A DNA stretch of 64,000 nt from Clostridia bacterium (GCA_050950825.1 JBMNIH010000002.1:192001-256000); one strand, 5' to 3'; shown: positions 19,014 to 30,439, numbered from the stretch's first letter. A program made the numbers and translations. Notes: a model not told the origin generated them from the sequence alone.

Positions 19014-19117
19014 ATAATCCTCCGTCAACATTTTGTGTATATATTATATCCTTCGCCGTGAAACCGCGCAATCCGTTCAACCGGAAAGAACAAATAGCGA
19101 CAAAAGACGACCTTCCT

Positions 19118-22100
19118 TTAAAACTCAATATGGTATGACAACGGTATTCGAACGAAGCCTTTTTCCTCTATGGCGTACCGATAGCCTTTGCTAAGATCGG
19201 AAGCGTTCTTCCACCCTTCAATTAACGTCACATCTCCGATATCCAAAACGATTTCGTGTGATCCGATATTTCGGCTATCCTCAACGAAAAATGCGGTTTG
19301 ATCCTTCTCACCGGTTTTTACATATGCAAATCTTCCTTTTAAAGATCCCTTTACCGGCTCCTCGGTATGAATAAGGATTTGATTTTTATCCGTATATTCT
19401 TTCGTAAAGTCCGCTACCGTGCCCGTAATTGCGGAAAGAACATTGTCAATCATATTACAATCGGTTCGGTTGAATTTTGTACCGTCGCACAAGAAGGCAT
19501 ATACCGGTTTGCCGTTTTGTTCTTGGTACAAACCGAAATGACCGCAGAAGACAAACCGGTCGTCAATCGCATATACGGTGTCCGAATGAATGGCGTTTAT
19601 GATATAATCCGTACGACCGCTTTCTAAAGTCACTTTGATTGCCGCAACGTCCTCTTCTTGTCCGGGTCCTTCCATCGGAACCGCTTTTAATTTTTCAATG
19701 GATAAAACTTTTTTATTCCCGACGTAAGGCTCCATGACGGAAAGAAAACGACTTTCCAAGTTTTCTCCGCGTCTTCTTGCCAAAAAGTAGCGATAGTTTT
19801 CGGCGGCACCCGGCTGGTTTCGTGCAGGGTCCCCGGATGCTAAAGCCGCTTCATGAAGCTTCGTCAATACGGTAAGGGATAATTTCGGGCTTTTCCCCGG
19901 AGGCAGAAGATTCCACGTATCTTTGGCATTCCAGATGATTTCAAAGGTGTCGGACGGGTTTTCATCCCTCTCCACGTCGTACAAATAGTGAAAACCGCTT
20001 CCTTGGTAAGATGAAATCGTCGGATCCTTCCTGTCATAAGCATAACCGAAGGGAACATCTTCTCCGGCGTAAGTGCCTTTTGCTTGCTTTTTCAAATTCA
20101 GCCCGCGGACATCTACGGCTCCTTCGGGACCGTGGAAGCTGTAGACATGATCGTTTCCTCCTTTCACTCGAAAAACGTCCATAACATAAGAGGATTCGTC
20201 GTCGATTTTTATCAATGCTACGGTTCTTCGGTACATGGAGGTTTTCGAATATACTTTATCGGCATTCACATCAACAAGCTTGACTCTGTCGGCAGATTCG
20301 AAATGATACGGATTTCCCCTCAGTGAGTTTCCTTGCATCGCACCGTCTACCGTAACGGTATTATGGCTTACGGTATTTAAAGTCCATTCGAACCTTTTCG
20401 CCCAATCGAATCTTTTGTATTCGGGGTTTCCCAAATCGGTAGCCATGTCGATTCCGAAAGCGTAAAGTCCCAAGTTCAAGGTGTCCTTATGCCCGTGCCC
20501 GATATTCCGTCCGAAATACAGCCAAACGGCTCTTTCCTCATTGCTTTGCCCGTCTCTGAGTCCGGCAAGTCCGTAGCTCGGCATCATGAAGCTTTTCGAA
20601 GACAAGGTGCCTTCTCGTTGTATAACATCTTGGATCTCCCAAGCGATCTTATCCGGGTTTTCGGAGAAAATATCGTCGTGAATCCCCTCTATGGAATTAC
20701 CGTTCAAAAAGTAGGCGGCTTGGGCAAGAATCTCCGTACGGTATACTTTGTATCCTAAGATCATATCCTCCTTCTTTATATACACTTCCGGTTTCCCCGC
20801 AGCACCGGTATCCCCGATGAGGGGCGTAAATTTCCCTGAAAAGATTAAAGGTACGAAGGCATGGATCATCTTTTTTAATTTCGGCATGTTAAACATGTTC
20901 CATTCCGGCTTGTCATGGAAATGCCGCGTTACGTTCGCAAGAGTTATAAATTCCTTAACCCATAAGTAGTTGTAGTTCGGAGAAGACTCGTCTCCGAATC
21001 CGTCCCTGTCCACCTGGTCCATGAGGGCGACGGCCATGTTACCTCCGGTTATGCGATATCGGTCGTTTTCTTTCCTTACGATGTAGCCGGGAGCAAAAAT
21101 CCACTCCATCCATTCTCGGGAAAGCTCTTCGTTATCGATGACCAAGGCCGCTAAAGCCAAAGCGCTTTGGTGCATGCCGGTATTCCCGCGGATTTGGGCT
21201 TTTTGAATCGAAGGGAAAATTTGCTTCACGATCCCCTCTTCAATGTTCCATTGAATATCTTCTACGGAATTTTTTGTGTTTATCATGGAATACTTTCTTG
21301 CTTTTTCGCTTAAGAAAGGAACGATATCCGCTTTCGATAAGGCGGGATAGAAGGCGTCGTATGCCGTAAGGAAGGGCTTTACAACCATTGTTTCGGATAT
21401 ACTTCCGGCAATTTTCCCTTGCCCCGTCCCCCCGTGGCTGTTTGAGTATCCGTCGGAATCTTTGTATACGGCCAAATCCATATCCGGATATACGTCGGCG
21501 ATTCGGTCCAGTAATACGAGACCGGCTTTTGCATAGGCAAGGTTTCCCGACAGAAGATAAGCCGTTTCGAAGGCTTTTAATGCATCAAGAATACTGCCTT
21601 CGTATTTTTCACTTAACGACCATAAGCCTATGTGATTGTAGTAAGCGATGAACTTCCAATGCTTTCCGTGTTCATCGGTCCAACCGTAGCCGTCATCCAC
21701 ACCCCAATCGGAGGGCTTATCTTTATATAGCTCGTTTTTTAAGAATCTTTTATCCGCTTTTTCGGGATGAAAGAATCCGTTTTTATCTATACCGCTTTTA
21801 TAGTAGGATTCAAAATCGTTGGAGGGAAATACATGATGACAGTTGGGACAAACGATTTTCCACGGCCTAGTAAAAGCATCGGTTTGCCAGGAATAATGAC
21901 CGTATTTTCGAAATATTTCGTCTCCGCATACGGGACAGCCCGAGCTGCACACGTTGATGCTTCGAGGAACGGATTGGGATGTTACCAAAGACCATAAGGT
22001 ATCCAACCCGTATTGCAAATACCGGTCCGCCTTTCGGACGGCGCTTTCCTTGATCTTTTTCGCCCAATCGTATTTTTCAACGTTCTTTCTTGCGTTTTCA

Positions 22101-22171
22101 ACCATTGCATTCGTATAATACGTGCTTTTGGTTTTCAAGCATTTCTTTATAGCCGGTCCTTCGGTACTCAT
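19118..22171 (-). CDS. Heparinase II/III-like polysaccharide lyase, no signal peptide
   Basis: GHGHKDTLNL, T.SHNTVTVD, DESSPNYN motifs; about 1017 aa. Confidence 0.75.
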   Translation of the reverse strand: MSTEGPAIKKCLKTKSTYYTNAMVENARKNVEKYDWAKKIKESAVRKADRYLQYGLDTLWSLVTSQSVPRSINVCSSGCPVCGDEIFRKYGHYSWQTDAFTRPWKIVCPNCHHVFPSNDFESYYKSGIDKNGFFHPEKADKRFLKNELYKDKPSDWGVDDGYGWTDEHGKHWKFIAYYNHIGLWSLSEKYEGSILDALKAFETAYLLSGNLAYAKAGLVLLDRIADVYPDMDLAVYKDSDGYSNSHGGTGQGKIAGSISETMVVKPFLTAYDAFYPALSKADIVPFLSEKARKYSMINTKNSVEDIQWNIEEGIVKQIFPSIQKAQIRGNTGMHQSALALAALVIDNEELSREWMEWIFAPGYIVRKENDRYRITGGNMAVALMDQVDRDGFGDESSPNYNYLWVKEFITLANVTRHFHDKPEWNMFNMPKLKKMIHAFVPLIFSGKFTPLIGDTGAAGKPEVYIKKEDMILGYKVYRTEILAQAAYFLNGNSIEGIHDDIFSENPDKIAWEIQDVIQREGTLSSKSFMMPSYGLAGLRDGQSNEERAVWLYFGRNIGHGHKDTLNLGLYAFGIDMATDLGNPEYKRFDWAKRFEWTLNTVSHNTVTVDGAMQGNSLRGNPYHFESADRVKLVDVNADKVYSKTSMYRRTVALIKIDDESSYVMDVFRVKGGNDHVYSFHGPEGAVDVRGLNLKKQAKGTYAGEDVPFGYAYDRKDPTISSYQGSGFHYLYDVERDENPSDTFEIIWNAKDTWNLLPPGKSPKLSLTVLTKLHEAALASGDPARNQPGAAENYRYFLARRRGENLESRFLSVMEPYVGNKKVLSIEKLKAVPMEGPGQEEDVAAIKVTLESGRTDYIINAIHSDTVYAIDDRFVFCGHFGLYQEQNGKPVYAFLCDGTKFNRTDCNMIDNVLSAITGTVADFTKEYTDKNQILIHTEEPVKGSLKGRFAYVKTGEKDQTAFFVEDSRNIGSHEIVLDIGDVTLIEGWKNASDLSKGYRYAIEEKGFVRIPLSYHIEF

Positions 22172-22276
22172 ATTTATAACCTCCCGTTGAAGTTGCATTA
22201 TGCAACTTATTATACAGCATCTCCTTCTTGTTTACACTTTCTTTTCACTTAAAGTCTTCGATTTGTATTTCATGAA

Positions 22277-22891
22277 ATGAACCGGTATAATCTAAAACAT
22301 GCATCATTACAAAAAAGGCGGGAACCGATAAAATTGGAACCAAAACAATGGAGTAAAGTTTACAAGAAGGTATATAAAATAATCGGAAAAAAGACACCTC
22401 TTTACGGCGACTGCGGCCTTTTATGCCAAAAGGCTTGCTGCCAAGGAGATTCGAAGGACGGAATGCTTCTCTTTCCCGGAGAAGAGGTCATTTTTATGAA
22501 AGGCCCCGTAGCTTCCTATTTTTCTTTAACACCGGTAACAATAAAAGGCACAGCCGACCCTATAAAAGCGGTATTTGCCGTATGCAACGGCACATGCCCT
22601 CGCAAATATCGTCCCCTATCCTGCAGGATCTTTCCTTTTCTGCCGATTATCGACGCTTCCGGTGCCGTCGAAGTTATTAAAGACCCGAGAGCGAGTATTT
22701 GTCCTTTGGTTCATTTGGAAGAGGAAGATTTTCACGGTGTTTCGGATCCTTCCTTCAAAGACAGCATTTACGAAGCATTCGATTATCTAATTCAATACCC
22801 CGGCATCCGCGAATTTTTAGACGCCATATACCATAACGCAAAAGAAGTAAAACTCATACGGGATTTGTTCACAGGAAAAAATTCGATATAA
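22277..22891 (+). CDS. Cysteine-cluster protein (YkgJ/CxxCxxCC-like)
   Basis: DCGLLCQKACC...RPLSCRIFPF...CPL. Confidence 0.6.
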   Translation: MNRYNLKHASLQKRREPIKLEPKQWSKVYKKVYKIIGKKTPLYGDCGLLCQKACCQGDSKDGMLLFPGEEVIFMKGPVASYFSLTPVTIKGTADPIKAVFAVCNGTCPRKYRPLSCRIFPFLPIIDASGAVEVIKDPRASICPLVHLEEEDFHGVSDPSFKDSIYEAFDYLIQYPGIREFLDAIYHNAKEVKLIRDLFTGKNSI

Positions 22892-22932
22892 AACATTCAC
22901 GGCATTCATTACAATGAATGCCGTGAACGTTT
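22891..22932. terminator. Long hairpin between convergent genes
   Basis: TTCACGGCATTCAT/ATGAATGCCGTGAA perfect 14-bp stem. Confidence 0.7.
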
Positions 22933-23015
22933 TCGTCACACCAATAAATTAATATCATATATTTATATATCTATTCACCAACCAATAAACTCTCCGAATT
23001 GGTTGTTCATTTCAT

Positions 23016-24809
23016 TTATTGATACTTTATGCGATAAAGCTCGCTGCCTTGGCCGAAATAGATATAGCCGTCTTTTTTGTTGTAGCAGAAGCCGTGGGTA
23101 TGCTTCGGAATTTCCGTTTCTTGCTCGAGGGAAAGGGTATCCGAATTGATAACAGCCAACGCCTTGTAATGACGACCTTCCTTATGCCTGTACACGAATG
23201 CAAGAATTTTTCCTTCGATCATGGGAATCATTCTGCCTACGCCGTAATCGATCTGTTCCGAACGTATTTCTTCCATGGTCTTCGGGTCATAAATATGAAG
23301 AATGCTCTTGCCTTCACAGGATGTATACAAAAGAACCTTATCATCACATGCATAAACGAATGATAAATGGGTCCCTAAGGGGAATTTAATCTTGTTGAGA
23401 ATTTCTCCGTTCTTGGACATTTTCACAAGATAAAATTCTTCCGTTTTTGCCACCAAACCGTTGCCGGATCCGTTGGTTGTAAAGTAGATGTTTTCAGAGT
23501 CTCCCGCAATCCAGCCGATTCCTTGTCCCGGAACAAGATCGGTAAACTTGCGGACTTCATAGGTCTTAGAGTTAATCTCCGTAATAGCCAATCCGTAGCT
23601 TCCGTAGCGGGCAATCCATCCGGTCCAGATGTTGTTATCCGGCCCGATAATGGATCTTGCTTGGGGACGAATGTAATCCGGTCCGACGCTTTCTAACGTT
23701 AACGGATTGATATTGTCAACCCGGTTCCATTCTTTTTTCGGATCGTAAACGATGTGATCTCCTCCGGAATAAGCGGTCATGAAAATTTTACCTTCACAGC
23801 TTACGATTCCGTAAACTTCGCCGCCGTGGAGGGTAACGATATCGGAATTCCAATACTCTCCCGTTTTCGGGTCGTAGCGGAACATGGTTTGACCGAGTCC
23901 GGTGGCTCCCCAAAGAATACCGTCGTCATCGCAGGTCATTGCGAATATTTCCGTCGGAGGAGGAACGCAAGGAACATCCATAAAGGTCGGTTTTTGATCG
24001 TCGGGTTTTAGGATAAAAAGACGTTGACCGCAGACGCCGATTGTATTGCCGTTAGACAGCTTCATCACGTGCCCGTAAGGCTTAGGCAGTCTTTCGTCCG
24101 TTTTTGTGGCTTCATCGAGAAGGGCTTGATCTTGAATTTCTTCGAAGGTCTCCGGATGAACCAATTTGTTTCCTTCCGGAGTTCGAATGTACAAATATTT
24201 TTTGTCGGCTTTAAGAATACCGCATCCGTCCAATACCGTGGACATTTCGTTCTTTTCAATATCGTATACGCCGATTGTGTCGGTTGACAAACCGCAGTTG
24301 ACATATACTTTGCCGGGAACAGGTGTAAAGACGAGTCTGCTGTAGAGATTTCCGGGATCTTTGGTCATGTGGCCGAGGTTCACCAATGTGTGACTGTCGG
24401 GATCATATCGGAGCAAATAGCATCCGGGGTAGGTACCGCCGTATACTTTTCCGTCCGAAGCCATCGCCAAGTCCCATATATACGTTACTCCCTCCAGCTT
24501 TAAGGAAGGCATCCAAGTCCTGCTTTTCAATTCCAACGAATGAAGATATCCGTATGTTCCGCAGGTTCCTACAAGAAGTCTTTCATTCTTGTAGTTGAAT
24601 AACGCCCATGCTCCGTTATCTCCGGGGATTTTAATCGTTTCCCCTTCGCCGGATTCCGGATCGATAATCAGTACTTCACCGACTCCTCCGGCTACAAAAC
24701 TGGACAATACAACCTTTTCCTTGTTGTCCTTCGGATCTTGGATAAGGATCCCCTTAAAAAAGCAAAAATTCCTGCAAGGTTGCTCCAAATACTCATAACC
24801 TTTCGTCAT
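23016..24809 (-). CDS. Beta-propeller repeat protein (hypothetical, cytoplasmic)
   Basis: Repeated DGKVYGGTY / LLRYDP / DGILWG blade motifs. Confidence 0.65.
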   Translation of the reverse strand: MTKGYEYLEQPCRNFCFFKGILIQDPKDNKEKVVLSSFVAGGVGEVLIIDPESGEGETIKIPGDNGAWALFNYKNERLLVGTCGTYGYLHSLELKSRTWMPSLKLEGVTYIWDLAMASDGKVYGGTYPGCYLLRYDPDSHTLVNLGHMTKDPGNLYSRLVFTPVPGKVYVNCGLSTDTIGVYDIEKNEMSTVLDGCGILKADKKYLYIRTPEGNKLVHPETFEEIQDQALLDEATKTDERLPKPYGHVMKLSNGNTIGVCGQRLFILKPDDQKPTFMDVPCVPPPTEIFAMTCDDDGILWGATGLGQTMFRYDPKTGEYWNSDIVTLHGGEVYGIVSCEGKIFMTAYSGGDHIVYDPKKEWNRVDNINPLTLESVGPDYIRPQARSIIGPDNNIWTGWIARYGSYGLAITEINSKTYEVRKFTDLVPGQGIGWIAGDSENIYFTTNGSGNGLVAKTEEFYLVKMSKNGEILNKIKFPLGTHLSFVYACDDKVLLYTSCEGKSILHIYDPKTMEEIRSEQIDYGVGRMIPMIEGKILAFVYRHKEGRHYKALAVINSDTLSLEQETEIPKHTHGFCYNKKDGYIYFGQGSELYRIKYQ

Positions 24810-25029
24810 ATAATCCTCCGTTATGCCGTAAGGACTTGATTAATAAACACAACGTATTATATCACACATATTTCAAAAAGGTAAACAAATTATGAACAAA
24901 GGGTATCCAAAAGGCACCATATATCAAGTTATTACAAATTATCATAAGAAAGATCAATAAAATTAAAGGTTTAAAGGATTGTATATCAGACCATACTAAT
25001 ACCTGTGTGAAAACAATAACGGATCACGT

Positions 25030-28000
25030 ATGGGAAAGAATATGACAACAAGAAAATACGTAGGTATGGATATCGGGTCCACCACGGCAAAAGTCACGGT
25101 ACTTGACCGGAATAAAAAAGTTTTATACAGCGAATACAAAAGACATCATACCAACATCAAAGAAACCGTGGAATCCATGATAAAAAACATTTGCCGCTTT
25201 GCGGATGCAGGCGGCATGACCGTCACCGTTACCGGCTCTGCCGGAACGGCGATTTCGAAGCACTTGTCCTTGCCGTACATGCAAGAAGTGCTTGCATGTA
25301 CGAAGGCCGTTGAGTTTTTACTTCCCCAAACCGATACGGCGATTGAGTTAGGAGGAGAAGATGCAAAGATTACGTTCTTTAAAGGCGGCTTGGAGCAAAG
25401 GATGAACGGAACCTGTGCCGGAGGCACCGGCGCTTTTATCGATCAAATGGCAGCTTTATTGAATACCGATGCCATAGGCTTGGACCGATTGGCGGAAAAG
25501 TACAAATATATTTATCCGATTGCCTCTCGCTGCGGTGTCTTTGCGAAAACCGACATCCAACCGTTATTAAACGACGGTGTGGCTAAAGAAGATATCGCCG
25601 CCTCCATATTTCAAGCCGTAGTCAACCAAACCCTAAGCGGATTGGCCTGCGGAAGGCCCCTCAAAGGAAATATTGCGTTTTTAGGCGGACCTTTGCATTA
25701 TTTACCGCAGCTTCGACGCCGCTTCATCGAAACCTTGTCTCTTTCCGAAGAACAGGCTCTTATCCCGGACGACGGCCGGCTTTTCGTTGCCTACGGTGCG
25801 GCGCTTTCTTCTTTTGAGCAAGAGCCTTTATCCGCCGAGGAAATTTTGGAGCGATTGTCTCATCCTTACGACGACTCTTTTTTTGAAGTGCCTCGCCTTC
25901 GCCCTTTATTTAAAAACGAAAAAGAATACACGGATTTTCATAAAAGACATAAAGAAAAAACAACGGTACATGCCGTAAACCCTCATGATCCTCTCGAATG
26001 TTATCTCGGTATCGATTCCGGATCCACAACAACGAAAGCGGTTCTGATTGACAAAGAAAAACGTTTGATAAAAACCTTCTACAGGTCTAACGAAGGTAGT
26101 CCCTTGGTCCAAGCCTGCCGCATCCTGCAAGATATATACGACGAATTTCCGAATATCAAAATCCTGTATTCGGGCGTCACCGGATACGGCGAGCTTTTGA
26201 TCAAGGCCGCCTTAAAAGTCGACTTCGGCGAAATCGAAACCGTTGCTCATGCCAAAGCGGCGCAATTTTTCGTTCCCGATGCGGACTGCATTATCGATAT
26301 CGGCGGTCAAGACATGAAGTGTATCACCGTCAAGGACGGCGTTATAGACAATATTATGCTAAACGAAGCCTGCTCCTCCGGCTGCGGTTCTTTTCTCGAA
26401 GCCTTTGCACAATCCTTAGGCATGTCAGCGGAATTGTTCTCTAGGGAAGCGATTGGTGCGAAAAATCCGGTTGACTTAGGGTCGCGGTGCACCGTTTTTA
26501 TGAATTCCAGGGTAAAGCAAGCCCAGAAGGAGGGAGCCACCGTAGGAGACATTTCCGCAGGGCTTTCGTATTCGGTAATTAAAAACGCATTGCATAAAGT
26601 AATGAAGGTAAAAAGTCCCGAAGACTTAGGAAATCGCATTGTAGTACAAGGAGGTACGTTCCGCAACGATGCCGTTCTAAGGGCTTTTGAAATCGTATCG
26701 GGCAAAATCCCCTACAGACCGGACATAGCGGAATTGACGGGAGCTTTCGGAATCGCTCTTTTGGCTATGGAAAAAGGAAAAAAAAGCACATTCAGTACGC
26801 TGATCGGAAAAGAAGAGTTGAAAAAGTTCATGGTGACTACAAAGACTGCAAGGTGCGAACGCTGCTCCAACCGATGCCTTTTGACCGTAAGCCTTTTTTC
26901 CGACGGCAGAAAATATATATCCGGCAATCGGTGTGAAAAAGGAGCCGACGAAGAAAAAACCCAAGAAAGACCTTCGGATCTGTACGAATACCGCTTGGAA
27001 AGGTTTTTTTCTTACCGGCCGTTAAAATATCCGATCCGGGGCACCGTCGGAATACCGAGAGCCTTGAACATGTTCGAACAATACCCTTTTTGGCATGTTT
27101 TTTTTACCCGATTGGGGTTTCAAACGGTTTTATCCTCTCCCTCATCAAAAAAGCTTTATGAAAAGGGTCTGGAAACCATACCGGCGGATACGGTTTGCTA
27201 TCCTGCCAAATTGATGCACGGTCATATTAAGGATCTGATTGAAAAAAACCCCGACTATATCTTCTATCCCTTGCTCCCTTACGAGAAAAAAGAATTTAAG
27301 GATGCGGATAACTGCTACAACTGCCCCATTGTAGCCTCCTATTCCGAAACCATAAAAAACAATACGGAATTCCCGCAAAACGTAAAGTTTTTAAATCCTT
27401 GTCTGCCTTTTCATGAAAAGAGAAGACTCATACAAAGGCTACATGAAGAATTTGCATTTTTGGGAATATCGAAAAAAGAGGTGGAGGATGCCGTCAAAGC
27501 GGCCGATTCAGAATACCGTGCCGCGAAGGAAGACATACGAAAAAAAGGCGAAGAAGTCTTGCGGATTTTAGAGGAAACCGGACAAAAGGGAATCGTCTTA
27601 TCCGGTCGTCCCTACCATACGGATCCCGGCATACACCACGGAATTAACCGTTTAATTACACAAATGGGCTTATCGGTATTGACGGAGGATTCGGTGGCGC
27701 ATTTATTACCGGTCCGGCGTCCGTTACGAGTTTTGGACCAATGGACATACTCTTCCAGACTGTATGCCGCAGCGGAATATACCGGTTCCAATCCTTTATT
27801 GGAATTCGTACAGCTAACCTCATTCGGCTGCGGAATCGATTCGGTGACAGCCGACCAAGCGGCGGAAATCTTGCAGAAGTACGGCAAAAAATCGACGCTT
27901 TTGAAAGTCGACGAAGGCTCCGGCTTAGGTGCCGTACGAATCCGACTGCGCTCGCTGAAAGCCGTCATGACGGATGACAATACGCAAAAGCCCGTTGTCG

Positions 28001-29250
28001 ATTCAAAAAATGTATGCTTTCCATTGTTTACAAAGGAAATGAAAAAAAAGCATACCGTATTGGCTCCCCAAATGTCTCCCCTTCATTTCGACTTGCTAAA
28101 GGAAGCCTTCATAAGCGAAGGGTATCGCTTAAACGTGTTACCGATACAAACGCCATCTACGGTGGAAACGGGGTTAAAATACGTCCATAACGATTCTTGC
28201 TATCCTTCCATCCTGATCGTCGGCCAAATCATCGAGGCGTTACGGTCGGGAGAATACGACACCGACAACGTTTCGGTAATCATCACACAAAGCGGCGGAG
28301 GATGCAGGCAATCCAATTATTATGCCCTCATTCGAAAAGCCTTGTGCGAAGCCGGATTTTCCCATGTACCGATCATCTCCTTAAGCACTCTGAAAACCGA
28401 TACTCAGCCCGGATTCTCCTTTACCCTGCCTTTAGCCCGGAAATGCTTGACGGCTCTTGTTTACGGAGATTTATTGGTGAGACTGATTCTTCAAACGCGC
28501 CCTCATGAAAGGACAAAAGGCTCGGCCCGGTCGCTGTACGAAAGTATGCTCCCTTCCCTTTACGAGAATATTCGATCCTGCTCCTTTTCGCATTTTCGAG
28601 AAAATATACGAAGCATTGTCCGTGCTTTTGAAAATATCCGGGTTTTCGACATACCGAAGCCGAAGGTGGGAATCGTAGGAGAAATATTCGCCAAATACAA
28701 CCCCTTATCCAATAACAATTTGACGGAATTTTTAGAAAAGGAAGGCGCCGAAGTGCACCTTCCCGATCTGTCCGATTTCTTTTTGTACTGCCTGTATACC
28801 CGCATCGCCAAATACGAGCTGGGTTTGGCAAACCGTGTTACGAAGCTATCCGGAAGCTTAGGCTTAAGGCTGTTTGACGTATACCGATCCCCTGTTTTAC
28901 ACGCATTGGAGGATAGCAAGCGGTTCGACCGCCCAGGATCCATACAAACCAAAGCGCAGTTGGCGAAAGAATTTATTTCCTTAGGCCATCATACCGGGGA
29001 AGGCTGGCTGATCACCGGCGAAATGGCGGAAATGATTGAAAAAGGTGTAAGCAACATACTTTGCGTACAGCCATTTGCATGCTTGCCCAATCATATTTCG
29101 GGAAAATCGGTTTTCAACGCCATCAAAAAGAAATATCCTCATGCAAATTTAGCGGCCGTGGATTACGACCCCGGAGCCAGCGAAGTCAACCAAATCAGCC
29201 GCATTTTGTTGATGTTAGGCAATGCCAAAAAGAATATGAATATCCGGTAG
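25030..29250 (+). CDS. Fused 2-hydroxyacyl-CoA dehydratase activase-related protein (two BadF/HgdC ATPase domains plus DUF2229)
   Basis: Two GxDxGSTT/CxxGxG modules, VGIPRALN, CYPAK, QPFACLPNH. Confidence 0.85.
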   Translation: MGKNMTTRKYVGMDIGSTTAKVTVLDRNKKVLYSEYKRHHTNIKETVESMIKNICRFADAGGMTVTVTGSAGTAISKHLSLPYMQEVLACTKAVEFLLPQTDTAIELGGEDAKITFFKGGLEQRMNGTCAGGTGAFIDQMAALLNTDAIGLDRLAEKYKYIYPIASRCGVFAKTDIQPLLNDGVAKEDIAASIFQAVVNQTLSGLACGRPLKGNIAFLGGPLHYLPQLRRRFIETLSLSEEQALIPDDGRLFVAYGAALSSFEQEPLSAEEILERLSHPYDDSFFEVPRLRPLFKNEKEYTDFHKRHKEKTTVHAVNPHDPLECYLGIDSGSTTTKAVLIDKEKRLIKTFYRSNEGSPLVQACRILQDIYDEFPNIKILYSGVTGYGELLIKAALKVDFGEIETVAHAKAAQFFVPDADCIIDIGGQDMKCITVKDGVIDNIMLNEACSSGCGSFLEAFAQSLGMSAELFSREAIGAKNPVDLGSRCTVFMNSRVKQAQKEGATVGDISAGLSYSVIKNALHKVMKVKSPEDLGNRIVVQGGTFRNDAVLRAFEIVSGKIPYRPDIAELTGAFGIALLAMEKGKKSTFSTLIGKEELKKFMVTTKTARCERCSNRCLLTVSLFSDGRKYISGNRCEKGADEEKTQERPSDLYEYRLERFFSYRPLKYPIRGTVGIPRALNMFEQYPFWHVFFTRLGFQTVLSSPSSKKLYEKGLETIPADTVCYPAKLMHGHIKDLIEKNPDYIFYPLLPYEKKEFKDADNCYNCPIVASYSETIKNNTEFPQNVKFLNPCLPFHEKRRLIQRLHEEFAFLGISKKEVEDAVKAADSEYRAAKEDIRKKGEEVLRILEETGQKGIVLSGRPYHTDPGIHHGINRLITQMGLSVLTEDSVAHLLPVRRPLRVLDQWTYSSRLYAAAEYTGSNPLLEFVQLTSFGCGIDSVTADQAAEILQKYGKKSTLLKVDEGSGLGAVRIRLRSLKAVMTDDNTQKPVVDSKNVCFPLFTKEMKKKHTVLAPQMSPLHFDLLKEAFISEGYRLNVLPIQTPSTVETGLKYVHNDSCYPSILIVGQIIEALRSGEYDTDNVSVIITQSGGGCRQSNYYALIRKALCEAGFSHVPIISLSTLKTDTQPGFSFTLPLARKCLTALVYGDLLVRLILQTRPHERTKGSARSLYESMLPSLYENIRSCSFSHFRENIRSIVRAFENIRVFDIPKPKVGIVGEIFAKYNPLSNNNLTEFLEKEGAEVHLPDLSDFFLYCLYTRIAKYELGLANRVTKLSGSLGLRLFDVYRSPVLHALEDSKRFDRPGSIQTKAQLAKEFISLGHHTGEGWLITGEMAEMIEKGVSNILCVQPFACLPNHISGKSVFNAIKKKYPHANLAAVDYDPGASEVNQISRILLMLGNAKKNMNIR

Positions 29251-29252
29251 GC

Positions 29253-30428
29253 TTATCGATATTCCAAGCAGCGCTTCCGGTAGTGGCAGTAAAGCTCGAA
29301 GGACACTTCGGCAGGAACGCCGTGATCGCAAGTGGGAATGTATCCTCCCCTTTTTTTCATCACCGGTAAAAGCTCGTCCAAATACCGGTCAATGGCGTCC
29401 TTGCTTTTTGCCAATACCCGTTTATCGATTCCGCCGGACATAACCATATAGGGTCTTTGGGCCCCGGTTACCCGAACATCGCAGCCGGAAGCCACCTCGA
29501 AGGGCGACATACGATCCACACCGATATCGCGGTAAACGTCGATAACGGAATCCAAATAGCCGTCGGTGGCAACATGGATGTATAAATGCCTTTCTTTGTC
29601 AAGCTGTCTTCTTTTTACGTTTTGGATATATTGTTGATAGTAAGGCATTAAAAATTCCCGTATCATCTCAGGAGAAATCAGCGACCCTTTGTTGTAGCAA
29701 ATATCTTCGTCGAACAAAATCTCATCGACGGTAACGTGCTTTTGGTATTCCTCCGTCAACCGATCGGCAACCGCAAGCCACGCTTCCATACACTCATGGA
29801 TTAATTTAGGGTTGTCGTAGAACATGTACAAAAGCTCCACCGGTCCGATGAGACTTCTTAGGTACATGTATCCTCCTACCACGTATTGGGTAACGATTTG
29901 ACCTTCCCTTGCGGCTTTTACGGCCTTGGCCATGTGAATATCCAAATTCTTAAATCTATCCTTGGAGCCGGGATCCATTCTCCATTTGCAATTTTCCTCC
30001 CAGGTCTTCTTATCTTTTACCGGGTGGTCCAGATATTCCGGCATAAATCCGTTTCTTCTTCCTTTAAAGCATAGGACCCGGCGTCCGACTTTGTCCTGCA
30101 CCACCTCATGCTCGCCCCTGTCTTCCAGCACCATTTCCGGATAGTAGGGGTCAAAGGGCGCTTCGCACCCTCCTATCACCGGTAAGAAGAATTGGGCATC
30201 GTCGTCGTATCCGAATATCTCTTTTCTCTTCACCGGATCCATGACGGTCTTTTCATCGACCTCTCCCCGTTCGATCCATGCCTCCAAGCAGTAATAGCCG
30301 AACTCCTTTTGGTATATTCTTGCACCGGGCTTAATGGCATAGGTGTCTCTTAGAATTCTTGCGCTTTCCGACATTTTTTCATAAGGAACCGGTTTTGAAA
30401 TGCCAAGATCTTTATCGTTCAGTTCCAT
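29253..30428 (-). CDS. Uroporphyrinogen decarboxylase/MtaA-CmuA fold protein
   Basis: EDICYNKGSLISPEMIREF..PY, TDG, GGIDK, GGYIPTCDH. Confidence 0.8.
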   Translation of the reverse strand: MELNDKDLGISKPVPYEKMSESARILRDTYAIKPGARIYQKEFGYYCLEAWIERGEVDEKTVMDPVKRKEIFGYDDDAQFFLPVIGGCEAPFDPYYPEMVLEDRGEHEVVQDKVGRRVLCFKGRRNGFMPEYLDHPVKDKKTWEENCKWRMDPGSKDRFKNLDIHMAKAVKAAREGQIVTQYVVGGYMYLRSLIGPVELLYMFYDNPKLIHECMEAWLAVADRLTEEYQKHVTVDEILFDEDICYNKGSLISPEMIREFLMPYYQQYIQNVKRRQLDKERHLYIHVATDGYLDSVIDVYRDIGVDRMSPFEVASGCDVRVTGAQRPYMVMSGGIDKRVLAKSKDAIDRYLDELLPVMKKRGGYIPTCDHGVPAEVSFELYCHYRKRCLEYR

Positions 30429-30439
30429 ATTTTTTCTCC

